Shown here piece after piece: positions 8,692 to 17,895 of a DNA stretch of 64,000 bases (the stretch's first letter is position 1; every line of letters starts with the position of its first letter). Source of the stretch: an uncultured Treponema sp. (GTDB taxonomy: Bacteria > Spirochaetota > Spirochaetia > Treponematales > Treponemataceae). The notes under the pieces were generated by a model. It ran no database searches, was not told the origin of the DNA, and was given only the letters and a program-made list of their open reading frames with translations. The stretch spans positions 811 through 64,810 of the forward strand of contig CAKUWD010000002.1 in the NCBI GenBank assembly GCA_934699065.1, written 5' to 3'. The translations under genes and the position numbers were made by a program.

Positions 8692-9363
8692 ATGATGAAC
8701 AAAGAACAATTTAAGAGATTGACTTCATTGATTTTACTGGGTAAAGAAAATCCAAAAGGCCGTATTAAATCTGTTTTGTCCTGGGAATTAGTTTTTATAA
8801 CAATAGATTTTCTGCTAATTATGATTACTGCTATTGTAGGAAAGCATCTGAATAATCTGCATAAAAAACAAATCTGGTTTTGTTTTATAATGATTCTTTA
8901 TATGCTTGATTTTTGTTTTTTATTATTTCTAATTATTCGAAGTATAGTTAATTATATAAAATTAAAACCTAATTTTGTTAATACTCTATATTCTGCTCTT
9001 GAAACAGATGAAAAAATAAAAAATGACATATTCGAAATCTGTAATGAAATTGAAAATAGTAATTCTGGAGAAATTTCAAAATATCATAATTTATTGAAAG
9101 AAAGAGTTGCTTTGATAAAAAAACGTATGCCACTTATGTTTGAAGGAAAAGAAGTTGGTGGTATTCTGCTCATCATCACCATAGTAATGAATAGCATAAA
9201 AGGGTTTGATGAAGTAGTAAAATCTGATAGCATTTTAAGAATTATAGCTTATTCTCTTTCTATTGCTGTTCCTGCTGCATATTGTTTGATGCAGCATTAT
9301 ATTTATAAGCTTGAGATGCTTATTTTTTATTTGGCTTCATGGGAAAAAGAAATTAAATCGTAA
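8692..9363 (+). CDS. hypothetical membrane protein (2 TM, soluble coiled region, 2 TM), possibly third gene of the TA operon
   Basis: 223 aa. AGGAG Shine-Dalgarno and an 11-nt gap after the toxin gene. No family recognised. Confidence 0.6.
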   Translation: MMNKEQFKRLTSLILLGKENPKGRIKSVLSWELVFITIDFLLIMITAIVGKHLNNLHKKQIWFCFIMILYMLDFCFLLFLIIRSIVNYIKLKPNFVNTLYSALETDEKIKNDIFEICNEIENSNSGEISKYHNLLKERVALIKKRMPLMFEGKEVGGILLIITIVMNSIKGFDEVVKSDSILRIIAYSLSIAVPAAYCLMQHYIYKLEMLIFYLASWEKEIKS

Positions 9364-9472
9364 CCATTTCTTCTGCAATCCTCCACATCATCCCCCTCCC
9401 CAAATCTCCTTGAATCTTCTGTTAGTCTATGCTAACCTTTGTGTAAAATAAAGCAAAAATGGAGGAATCAAA

Positions 9473-10093
9473 ATGACACTGACAAAAATCTTCTTTATTC
9501 TTGCTGCCTTAGGGCACTGCCTTTGTGCCTGGTGCGATATCCTGCTTACCTACACACCAAACGGCAAGTTTTCTTTTAAGATGATGAGCAGCAACGAAAA
9601 AATGCAGCAGATTTTCAAGGGGACTCCGCTCCGCAATTCCATGATGTCAATCGGCTTTGGTTTTGTTGCCATGTGCCTTTCTGTTTGCGGCTACATGGCT
9701 CTTGCCAGTTATGTAAACAACTTTTCTCACACACTAGCCCTTCTGATTTTTGCAGGCGTTCTGCTTGGTTATCTTGCAGGCATTCCCCATCACATAATCT
9801 GCGGACTTTGCGAATGGATTTATATAAAATTTGACTGCAGCGACCAGTCCCGCCTTACCATAACGGATATGTTCAAAAAGACTTCCTTCACGATGATTTT
9901 GTGTTATCTTGGACAGGCAGTTTTTTCCATTGCATTTTTTGTTGCAGTTGTCGCCGGTATTACACCCCTTCCCCACTGGGCCTGCCTGTTCAACATTCTT
10001 CCGCTGGTTGTTCTGCTTTCTGCCTGCCGCCTTCCCGGAGCCGGAAATTTTGCAGGGGCAATTCAATTTCTTGCCCTGGTGTTTTTGGTGTAA
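9473..10093 (+). CDS. hypothetical integral membrane protein
   Basis: 206 aa with multiple TM segments. GGAGG Shine-Dalgarno. Confidence 0.6.
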   Translation: MTLTKIFFILAALGHCLCAWCDILLTYTPNGKFSFKMMSSNEKMQQIFKGTPLRNSMMSIGFGFVAMCLSVCGYMALASYVNNFSHTLALLIFAGVLLGYLAGIPHHIICGLCEWIYIKFDCSDQSRLTITDMFKKTSFTMILCYLGQAVFSIAFFVAVVAGITPLPHWACLFNILPLVVLLSACRLPGAGNFAGAIQFLALVFLV

Positions 10094-10140
10094 AAGAGGC
10101 CACATACAAAACCAAATGAGAAACTCAAGGCTTACATATC

Positions 10141-10893
10141 TCATCGTGCCCTAGCCCTTGCTTCCTCAGTCAAATCCTTTATGATTTCACTTGCGATGAT
10201 AAGCCCAGCCACAGACGGAACAAAAGCTGTGCTGCCGGGGATGTCGCGGCGGACGGTGCTTTTGCTGTCGGCGGAACTTTCCTCATGCTGGATTGCTTCA
10301 ATTGGGCGCAGGACTTTTTCGGTGGAAAAGACGACCTTTACGTTTTTGATTTTGCGTTTTTTGCATTCCTGGCGCATTACGCGGGCGAGAGGGCACACGG
10401 TGGTCTGGGAGATGTCTGCAACCTGAAACTGGGTCGGGTCCATCTTATTGCCGGCTCCCATGCTGCAAATGATTTTTGTGCCGGCTTCTTTTGCCTGCAT
10501 TATCAGATTGATTTTTGCTGTGACTGTATCAACTGCGTCTACGACATAATCGTATTTTGAAAAGTCAAATTGGTCGCGGGTTTCGGGAAGGTAAAAGCAT
10601 TTGTGAACGTTGACCTCGGCAGAAGGATTGATGTCGAGGATTCGTTCCTTCATTACATCAACTTTATATTTACCGATGGTCGAATGTGTTGCAATAATCT
10701 GTCGGTTGAGATTTGTGAGGCTGACTGTATCATTATCAATAATATCAATATGCTGAATGCCGGAGCGGACAAGGGCTTCAACGGTATAGCCTCCAACGCC
10801 GCCGATTCCAAAAACTGCAACGTGAGCCTTGTGCAAAATTTCCATGGCTTCTTTGCCAAGAAGCAGTTCTGTTCTTGAAAACTGATTTAACAT
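10141..10893 (-). CDS. tcdA: tRNA threonylcarbamoyladenosine dehydratase (ThiF/E1-like)
   Basis: 250 aa. ThiF-family Rossmann motif (VAVFGIGGVGGYTVEALVRSGI..IDNDTVSLTNLNRQ). Size and layout are typical of TcdA/CsdL. Confidence 0.85.
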   Translation of the reverse strand: MLNQFSRTELLLGKEAMEILHKAHVAVFGIGGVGGYTVEALVRSGIQHIDIIDNDTVSLTNLNRQIIATHSTIGKYKVDVMKERILDINPSAEVNVHKCFYLPETRDQFDFSKYDYVVDAVDTVTAKINLIMQAKEAGTKIICSMGAGNKMDPTQFQVADISQTTVCPLARVMRQECKKRKIKNVKVVFSTEKVLRPIEAIQHEESSADSKSTVRRDIPGSTAFVPSVAGLIIASEIIKDLTEEARARAR

Positions 10894-10999
10894 CTTATTT
10901 CCTATCTGATTGATGGGCTATTATAGCAAAATATTCTGTTCTTCTCCACTATGATGAAATTACCACAAAAATTTATTATACTGATGGAAGGAGCATATT

Positions 11000-11830
11000 A
11001 TGACTTTTATTTCATGGAACATAGATTCAATTAATGCAGCACTCACTTCGACTTCGGACAGGGCGCAGCTTTCTCAGGCGGTGCTTAAAAAGCTTGGCGA
11101 CTATAATGCTGATGTAATTGCGATTCAGGAAACCAAGCTTCCTGCCGAGGGACCAAGCCCAAAGCACCTGGAGTTGCTGGCAGATTATTTTCCGGGTTAT
11201 AAAATTGAGTGGCTTTCTTCTGTACCGCCTGCCAAAAAAGGTTATGCGGGCACTATGATTTTATACAAGGAAGGCATGTCGGCCAGCCGCGAAGTACCAC
11301 GACTTGGCGCCCCAGATACAATGGACGATGAGGGCCGCCTTCTCACTCTGGACTTCGGTGCCTTTTATTTTGTAAACGTTTATACTCCAAACTCGGGTGA
11401 TGGTCTTAAGCGCCTGGCCGAACGCCAGAAGTGGGACCTGCTTTATGCGGACTACATTTCCAGCCTTGATGCCAAAAAGCCGGTTATTGCCTGCGGCGAC
11501 TTCAATGTTGCCCACAAGGAAATTGACCTTGCAAACCCGGCATCCAATCATTTTTCTGCCGGCTTTACCAACGAGGAGCGTGAGGGCTTTACAAAGCTTC
11601 TTGCCCACGGCTTTACCGATAGCTTTCGCCACATCCACGGCGACGTAAAAGATATTTATTCCTGGTGGGGTCAGAGAATCAAGACATCAAAAATTAATAA
11701 CTCGGGCTGGCGTATTGATTACTTCCTCGTGAGCGACCGCATCAAAGAACAGATCAAAAAATCAGAGATGATAGATTCGGGCCCACGTCAGGATCACACT
11801 CCAATTCTTCTGGAAATTGATATTGGCTAA
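11000..11830 (+). CDS. xthA: exodeoxyribonuclease III / AP endonuclease
   Basis: 276 aa with EEP-fold motifs (ISWNIDSINAA, IQETK, GDFNVAH, DHTPILLEI). Confidence 0.9.
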   Translation: MTFISWNIDSINAALTSTSDRAQLSQAVLKKLGDYNADVIAIQETKLPAEGPSPKHLELLADYFPGYKIEWLSSVPPAKKGYAGTMILYKEGMSASREVPRLGAPDTMDDEGRLLTLDFGAFYFVNVYTPNSGDGLKRLAERQKWDLLYADYISSLDAKKPVIACGDFNVAHKEIDLANPASNHFSAGFTNEEREGFTKLLAHGFTDSFRHIHGDVKDIYSWWGQRIKTSKINNSGWRIDYFLVSDRIKEQIKKSEMIDSGPRQDHTPILLEIDIG

Positions 11831-11848
11831 ATTAGAGTCTTCAAAAAT

Positions 11849-12487
11849 ATGCTGTCTCATAACTTCGAAATCCAGTCTTTCGACATGAAAAATATTCCTC
11901 TTATGCTTGAGGTGGTCTTGCCCATGTGGAGCTCTCAGGAATGGGATATTAATTTTCGCCGCTTTTATGTTGAGCACATTATCCGCAGTAATTATTTTGA
12001 AAATGAACTGCATTATCAGCTGGTAGAAAAAGCGGGGAGAGCCGACGAACTTCGCAGCACCCCGACCACCAGCGAGTTTTGCGCCATGGCCTTCTTTGCC
12101 CGCAAAAGTGATATCTGCAAAGCCGAAGACTGGTACAAGCTTGAAGCCAAAAAATTTCCGCAGGATTTGCAGTACTCAACAAAATTGGGCAAAGCCTACA
12201 TCGAACTGATGGACGAAAAGACCCGGGCTTTAATGAAAGACGATGATATCCAGCTCACTCTTTACATCAGCCGGAAAAAGGGCTGCGGCTCAAAGCTGCT
12301 GAATGAACTTTGCAACCAGCTGCGAGTTCAGGGCTATAAAAATCTTTACCTCTGGACCGACTGCGAATGCGACTGGCAATGGTACACAGACCACGGCTAC
12401 GAGCTGGTTTCAAAAGATATATACGAGCCCTTCACAGAACAGGATGGCGAAGATTATCTTACTTATATTTTCAGAAAGGCACTATAG
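11849..12487 (+). CDS. GNAT-family N-acetyltransferase-like protein
   Basis: Motif-A-like RKKGCGSKLLNELCNQLRVQGYKNLYLWT. Confidence 0.6.
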   Translation: MLSHNFEIQSFDMKNIPLMLEVVLPMWSSQEWDINFRRFYVEHIIRSNYFENELHYQLVEKAGRADELRSTPTTSEFCAMAFFARKSDICKAEDWYKLEAKKFPQDLQYSTKLGKAYIELMDEKTRALMKDDDIQLTLYISRKKGCGSKLLNELCNQLRVQGYKNLYLWTDCECDWQWYTDHGYELVSKDIYEPFTEQDGEDYLTYIFRKAL

Positions 12488-12561
12488 ATTTTCAAGCTCA
12501 ATTTAGCATTCGGAAGAATAAATGTATATTCCTTTTTTAAAAGGTTCAGTATAATTTAAGT

Positions 12562-13881
12562 ATGAACATTTCAGTAAATCTTTCAAATCCGTTTGTTTTA
12601 ATTTTTCTATGTGGAACAATTGCTACTTTTTTGATTAATCATTTTCTTGAGTTTATTGATTTTCGTGCGCGATCGAAAAATGGTGGCAGCATCCCGACAG
12701 TTTTACAGAACATTCCCCTTGCCACAGAAACCTTTGATACAAAAAAACTAAAAAATATCAGCGCTTATGAAAACGCAAAATATTTTAAGTGGTGCCTGTC
12801 TTCGGTCTTTACAGTTGCGCTTGATCTTGCTCTTGTGATTTTTGGTTTCTATCCTTTTGTATTTTATTTTGTTTGTGGCATTACAGGGTTTCCCTCAGGA
12901 ATCGGAAACAGCTTCTGCGTTTTCTTTTTATTTATGATTCTTACAGCAGTGCCTTCGTTTGTCCTCGATATTCCTTTTTCACTTTACAGCGAATTTGTCC
13001 TTGAAAAGAAATTCGGTTTTTCTAATATGACCTTAAAACTCTGGATAGCCGACACGCTGAAGAGCATGATTATTGGTCTTGTTTTGATGGCCCTTTTGAC
13101 TTTTGTTGCTGCGGTGGCTTTTGTAAAATTCGCAGGCAGCTGGTGGTTTATTCTCGCCGCAGTTTTGATAGCTTTTACTTTTATTATGCAGGTTGTTTAT
13201 CCAAAATTTATTGCACCGCTTTTTAATAAGTTCAGTCCACTGGAAGACGGCGAGGCAAAAGACAAAATCATGGCCATTCTCGAAAAAGTCGGATTTAAAA
13301 ACGGCGGCCTTTTTGTGATGGATGCCTCAAAGCGAAGCGGTCACAGCAATGCTTATTTCAGCGGATTTGGAAAAACAAAACGCATCGTCCTTTACGATAC
13401 ACTTTTAAAATCTCTAACCCCGGACGAGCTTGCAGCTGTTCTTGGTCATGAGCTTGGACACTTTAAGCTTCACCACATCACAAAACGTCTTTTCATTATG
13501 ATTCCAATGGAATTTGTAGTAACCTTCCTTTTATATAAGATGGCACGTATTCCAGAGCTATATTACGCTTTCGGCTTTTTAGACGATATCACAGCGGAAA
13601 CCATAACAAATGTTCAGTTTATCGGAATCTTCCTTGCCTCAATGCTCTGGGGTGCAATCAGCGAAATCGTAACACCAGTATCAAATATTTTCTCACGCAA
13701 GCAGGAATATCAGGCAGACGCTTTTGGAGCTGATGCCTGCGGGAGCCCTGAGCCACTCATTAACGGCCTTATCAAACTCAACAGCGAAAATCTTTCTGAG
13801 CTGATTCCGCCCAAACTTTACGTCTTCTGGAATTACTCGCATCCAACTCTCGTAGAAAGAATAGAAAAGCTTAGAGAGTAA
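12562..13881 (+). CDS. M48-family zinc metalloprotease (Ste24/CAAX-protease-like)
   Basis: 439 aa. Multi-TM N-terminal half and an HELGH (HExxH) motif. Layout is typical of Ste24. Confidence 0.85.
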   Translation: MNISVNLSNPFVLIFLCGTIATFLINHFLEFIDFRARSKNGGSIPTVLQNIPLATETFDTKKLKNISAYENAKYFKWCLSSVFTVALDLALVIFGFYPFVFYFVCGITGFPSGIGNSFCVFFLFMILTAVPSFVLDIPFSLYSEFVLEKKFGFSNMTLKLWIADTLKSMIIGLVLMALLTFVAAVAFVKFAGSWWFILAAVLIAFTFIMQVVYPKFIAPLFNKFSPLEDGEAKDKIMAILEKVGFKNGGLFVMDASKRSGHSNAYFSGFGKTKRIVLYDTLLKSLTPDELAAVLGHELGHFKLHHITKRLFIMIPMEFVVTFLLYKMARIPELYYAFGFLDDITAETITNVQFIGIFLASMLWGAISEIVTPVSNIFSRKQEYQADAFGADACGSPEPLINGLIKLNSENLSELIPPKLYVFWNYSHPTLVERIEKLRE

Positions 13882-14142
13882 TATGCTCAAAATTTTGACA
13901 ACTATCAGAATCTGATTTCTCAGCACAAAACAATCATTTCTATTCTTACTTCTTTCTGTTATATAATCCCAATTCTTTTGTGCTGTCTGTATGTATTTAC
14001 AATAAACGAAAAAAATGTCCGAAAGCGTTTTATTAATCTGCCTATTGCTTATGCAACAATCAGTATAAGCGGGTGGATATATTATTATCTCGCAGAAGTT
14101 ATAACTCTTTTTATCAGTAAAATTTATTTTGGGAACTGTACA

Positions 14143-14334
14143 ATGCGCTTTCATAAGACTACTGTATTTTTAGCTGTCTTTGTATGTACAGTTTTTTCTT
14201 CCTGTTCAAAGAATATGAAAGTAAAGTCCTTTACTGCAATGAATACATACATGACAGTAAAGTCTTATGGTCCGCAAGCAAAGAAGATAAATCAAAAGGT
14301 TCAGAATGAAATTGATTTAGGCATGAAAGAGTAA
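14143..14334 (+). pseudogene. possible N-terminal fragment of an ApbE/Ftp-like lipoprotein
   Basis: MRFHKTTVFLAVFVCTVFSSC (lipobox) then FTAMNTYMTVKSYGPQ.. resembles the start of the ApbE family (..MGT.v.i..yg..), but the ORF stops after 63 aa. Confidence 0.3.
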
Positions 14335-14362
14335 AAAATATTTAAGCAATATAGAAACAAAA

Positions 14363-14388
14363 AACCCATTCTGTTATCAGAACGGGTT
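14363..14388 (-). terminator. bidirectional Rho-independent terminator
   Basis: AACCCATTCTG-ttat-CAGAACGGGTT, flanked by an A-run on the left and a T-run on the right. Confidence 0.6.
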
Positions 14389-14412
14389 TTATTTTATATC
14401 CTTTATTTCACA

Positions 14413-15315
14413 TTAACTGTTGATAAAGAACAAAGAAAAGAAAATATAAACGCTTCCAAACAACATAATGATGTTGCTGAACAGGTGCATAAATTTAATT
14501 TTCTTAAGATTATAGAAGATGATTCCTACGAGATAGAAGACAGCACCAAGAACAAGCATGCTGAAACTTTTTGAAGAAAGAACTTCAAAGAGATTCTTTG
14601 CAACTACAAGACCAGAGAAGCCAGCAAGAATGTAAAGAATAACATTTAACTTTGCATATTTCTGACCTGAAATTGCATAGAAAAGAATTCCTACCAGAAC
14701 AATTGCCCAGACAATTCCAAAAAGAATCCAGCCTGTCGTTCCCTGAATCTTAGTGATTGTATATGCACTATAGCCAAATCCGATAATCAGGAATGATAAA
14801 ACATGTGACAAACGATCAAAAACCTGTTTTGCAGTAAGGTTTGTAAGTGCATGCTGAAGCAGAGAACTGAGATACATCAAAATCATTGAAATACCAAAGA
14901 ACGAATAAAATACAATCGTTGTATTAAAGAAGCTTGTAACATTTCGCATTGCAAGAGTATCAAGAATTGCAGTTGCAGCAATAAAGAGAGAAGCTCCTAT
15001 TCCCTGAACAATTGAACTTGCAATTTCTTCGCCGGTTGTTAAACGACGGGTATTTTTTGTAAGCTCCAGAATACGTTTCTCACTTGCGATTCGTCTTTCT
15101 GCACGCTTTTTTGCTTTTTCATTTTTTGCGTACTCAGCTGCAGCGTATTTTGCTTTGAGACGTTCCGGGTCTTCGGCATACTGAATCTGGATCTGCTGAA
15201 CAGCATTTTCATAATCAATTTTAAGCTGCTTGAGTCTTGAGCGCTTCTTTTTCTTTAATGATTTGAGAGTTGATTTTCTAACTGCTTTTTCAGCAATATC
15301 ATCTTGTCTGGACAT
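14413..15315 (-). CDS. PAQR/hemolysin-III-like 7-TM protein with a lysine-rich coiled-coil N-terminal extension
   Basis: 300 aa. The C-terminal 200 aa follow the hemolysin-III pattern (GEEIASSIVQGIG.., SSLLQH, DRLSH..IGFGYSAYT, FMHLF). Several canonical metal-ligand His/Asn positions appear substituted. Confidence 0.55.
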   Translation of the reverse strand: MSRQDDIAEKAVRKSTLKSLKKKKRSRLKQLKIDYENAVQQIQIQYAEDPERLKAKYAAAEYAKNEKAKKRAERRIASEKRILELTKNTRRLTTGEEIASSIVQGIGASLFIAATAILDTLAMRNVTSFFNTTIVFYSFFGISMILMYLSSLLQHALTNLTAKQVFDRLSHVLSFLIIGFGYSAYTITKIQGTTGWILFGIVWAIVLVGILFYAISGQKYAKLNVILYILAGFSGLVVAKNLFEVLSSKSFSMLVLGAVFYLVGIIFYNLKKIKFMHLFSNIIMLFGSVYIFFSLFFINS

Positions 15316-15395
15316 AGGAATACCTCATTTTTTCGATTTAATTTATTATGACATTTTTTAGTGATTTTGTCAAAGTAAATCTATAAGGTATAAAC

Positions 15396-16205
15396 CTATC
15401 GGGTACAGAGTTCGTATAAAAGTACACCTGCTGCTACAGAAACATTGAGGCTGTCAATTTTTCCGCAGGTTGGAATTGAGACGATTGTATCACATTGTTT
15501 TTCGAGGAGTTGAGAGATACCTGTCCCCTCGCTGCCCATGATAAGAACGGATTTCGCAGGGAAATCAATTTTGCGGCAGTTTTCTCCACCGGCATCTGCG
15601 CCATAAATCCAGAAACCGGCCTGCTTTAGCTGTTCAGCCGCACGCACAAGATTGTTTACAATTGCGACCGGAACCCAGGCGCTGGCTCCTGCACTAGTAC
15701 GACCAATAACTTCGTTGCCTGCAATATCGCTGGCAGAATTGTGTTCCGGAATAATTACAAGAGAAGCACCAAACTGGTCGCAGCTTCGAAGAATGGCACC
15801 TACATTATGAGGGTCGGTAATGCTGTCGAGAATTACCACAGTCTGACGAACTGCGCCTTCTTCTCCGGCTTCACCACTATGAGTTTTCACCCAGGAATCA
15901 AAGTCCACAAGATTTGCCGCCGGCTGCTTACCACCGCCAGAAATCTCCATAACAATACCGCGATGGTCTCGCAGAGTTTCATCGAGCCCTCTTACCATCT
16001 TATCAAGTTCAGCATCTTCAGTCTGCTGGCAGGTAATTCCCGCTTCCTTTGCGGCAGCAAGAATCTTTTTTACACGCGGTCCCGGTTTGCTGAAATAAAT
16101 CTTATAACCAGCGGCAGGAGCCGAAGAACCAGACTGGCCAGCTTGCGTATTTTTTTTCTGGGAACGAACTTTTTCTTCGATTGAGTGAAAACCTGTTATA
16201 AACAT
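15396..16205 (-). CDS. TrmH/SpoU-family RNA 2'-O-methyltransferase (RlmB-like)
   Basis: SpoU motifs (LDSITDPHNVGAILRS, LIMGSEGTGIS, IPTCGKIDSLNVSVAAGVLLYE). Start taken at MFITGFHSIEE, because the longer track ORF overlaps the upstream gene. Confidence 0.8.
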   Translation of the reverse strand: MFITGFHSIEEKVRSQKKNTQAGQSGSSAPAAGYKIYFSKPGPRVKKILAAAKEAGITCQQTEDAELDKMVRGLDETLRDHRGIVMEISGGGKQPAANLVDFDSWVKTHSGEAGEEGAVRQTVVILDSITDPHNVGAILRSCDQFGASLVIIPEHNSASDIAGNEVIGRTSAGASAWVPVAIVNNLVRAAEQLKQAGFWIYGADAGGENCRKIDFPAKSVLIMGSEGTGISQLLEKQCDTIVSIPTCGKIDSLNVSVAAGVLLYELCTR

Positions 16206-16209
16206 ACAG

Positions 16210-16707
16210 TTAGCGTCCGCAGCACTGCTTATACTTTTTACCGCTTCCACATGGACATGGATCGTTGCGGCCAACTTTTGCACCAACGCGCTTTACTGTT
16301 GTAGGAATTACATTTCCAGCAACATATTTCCAGTCATCATCAACTTTTTTGAAAAGAGAAATTTCGTGATGAATGTCGTGCATATTGTGAAGAGTATAAT
16401 CAGCTTCGAACTCTACAATTTCTTCGCCTTCTTTTTCGCCCTTTTCTGTGCGCAAAATCTTAAGACCGTTCCACTGTGACTGCTTGCTCCAGTCTTCTGT
16501 TGCCTTACGGTCAATTTCGCCGATTCCTTCGCCTTCTTCGCAAGAGTTAATGATGTAGTCAATTTCACCAACTACATAAGAGGTGTAGCGAGCGCGCATA
16601 CATGCTTCTGCGCTAGGGGCTTTAATTTTTCCTTTAATAATTGGTTCACAGCATTCGCCGTATTTCTTGCCCGAACCACAAGGGCATAATTCGTTTGTAT
16701 TACTCAT
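16210..16707 (-). CDS. SEC-C motif protein (YchJ/UPF0225-like)
   Basis: [13 protein letters not shown] near the N-terminus and [15 protein letters not shown] at the C-terminus. Start taken at MSNTNELC. The track ORF extends into the GC-rich repeat ([10 protein letters not shown]..). Confidence 0.8.
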   Translation of the reverse strand: MSNTNELCPCGSGKKYGECCEPIIKGKIKAPSAEACMRARYTSYVVGEIDYIINSCEEGEGIGEIDRKATEDWSKQSQWNGLKILRTEKGEKEGEEIVEFEADYTLHNMHDIHHEISLFKKVDDDWKYVAGNVIPTTVKRVGAKVGRNDPCPCGSGKKYKQCCGR

Positions 16708-16757
16708 AATCAGACATTCTAGTGAATTTACAAACTGTCTACAAGATAATTTTTTTG

Positions 16758-16897
16758 GACGTTCCCGGCCGCTTCGCGGCCGGTCGGGCTTTCCGCCATT
16801 CCGCTTTCGCTCCAGCCTCCTCACTCTGGTGGTTTCGACAAGCTCAACCACCGTCGTTGCGGTGGCCGCCTTCGGCGTGGCTCCAATCCCTAACGCA
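16758..16897. repeat. GC-rich mosaic repeat with a nested 25-nt GGTGGTT element (16828..16852)
   Basis: Two blocks are identical to the reverse complement of parts of 51168..51312: 16799..16820 = rc 51233..51254 (22/22) and 16857..16877 = rc 51187..51207 (21/21). Hairpin CCGGCCGCttcGCGGCCGG at 16765..16783. Confidence 0.75.
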
Positions 16898-16915
16898 GAA
16901 AACTATATCTGGTTA

Positions 16916-17770
16916 TTAATTCTCTTCTTTAGAAAAATTAACTTTCCAGTCATACTTTGAGAAAGTACTTCTATCAACATCATATTTAATTGTGTATGTT
17001 TTTCCACTTTCATATGACTCATTAATTGAAGCATTAATCCAGGTCATTGGATCAAGAATCATAAAGATACCAGGATCAGCAACTGTAGTAACGATCGTTA
17101 CAGGATAGTTTGTATCAACATAAATGCCGCCATCTGGAGCCTCATTATTCTGAAGATAAGATGCATAAGTTTCTACACCGTCTTTTGCAATTATATAATC
17201 AGGAGCAATATGTTTTGCAAATTTTACAATAGCGGCTGTTTTCTTGTCTGCAACAGTATGTCCCGAAGCCCAATTATTTTCATAATATATATGAGCTAGA
17301 GATGTACCAACTGAATCAAATAATGATGTTGAAACAGAAAGCATCATAGGATCATTAATATTATAATATCTTATACCAACAGTCATAATACCAGAAGGAA
17401 TCTTCTCTTCTGTTTTGTGCTGCCATGCCCAGATATCTAAAGATTTTCCTTTATCTGAAACTAAAACTCCAACTTCTGATTCAAGATTTTTAATCTGGAA
17501 AAAAGAAGTATCAAGTGTTATTCCGTAGGTTTCCTGTAAATCAGACTTAATTTTTTCTATTGGTAATTTAGAGATAATGTCTAAAGCCTGTTTTTTATCT
17601 GTTATATTTATATCAGATTGTAAAGTAATTGCAGTCAGTGAAAATGATTTTGTATCAAGTGTTTCAACATTTTCTTTAGTTAATAATTCTTTGTCAAATC
17701 CTGTACTAACACAAGATGTTAATGAAATGATCAGCAAACTAACGATCATAATAAATGAAATTTTTTTCAT
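16916..17770 (-). CDS. hypothetical lipoprotein
   Basis: Start taken at MKKISFIMIVSLLIISLTSC (lipobox). No family recognised. Confidence 0.6.
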   Translation of the reverse strand: MKKISFIMIVSLLIISLTSCVSTGFDKELLTKENVETLDTKSFSLTAITLQSDINITDKKQALDIISKLPIEKIKSDLQETYGITLDTSFFQIKNLESEVGVLVSDKGKSLDIWAWQHKTEEKIPSGIMTVGIRYYNINDPMMLSVSTSLFDSVGTSLAHIYYENNWASGHTVADKKTAAIVKFAKHIAPDYIIAKDGVETYASYLQNNEAPDGGIYVDTNYPVTIVTTVADPGIFMILDPMTWINASINESYESGKTYTIKYDVDRSTFSKYDWKVNFSKEEN

Positions 17771-17895
17771 AATTATTCTCCTGAATATTTTTCTTTGATT
17801 TAATATTAAAGCAATCATCAATTCAATTGCTATTTGTATATTCAAATATAACAAAAAGTTATTGTTGATTTCTAAAAAATTACTATAATCATCTT

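Noticed and set aside
13693-14154. 153-aa minus-strand ORF overlapping the end of the M48 protease gene
   Set aside because: It overlaps a confident CDS. The remainder lies in an AT-rich gap with no ribosome-binding site or recognisable family.
16708-16851. N-terminal extensions of track ORFs into repeats (16210..16851, 56275..57819, 22814..23053, 15396..16286)
   Set aside because: The extensions translate stop-poor GC-rich repeats ([10 protein letters not shown].., MEQPTRVKRGKPKK.., MSASEAGISKP..). Internal ATGs with Shine-Dalgarno sites or canonical family N-termini are better starts.
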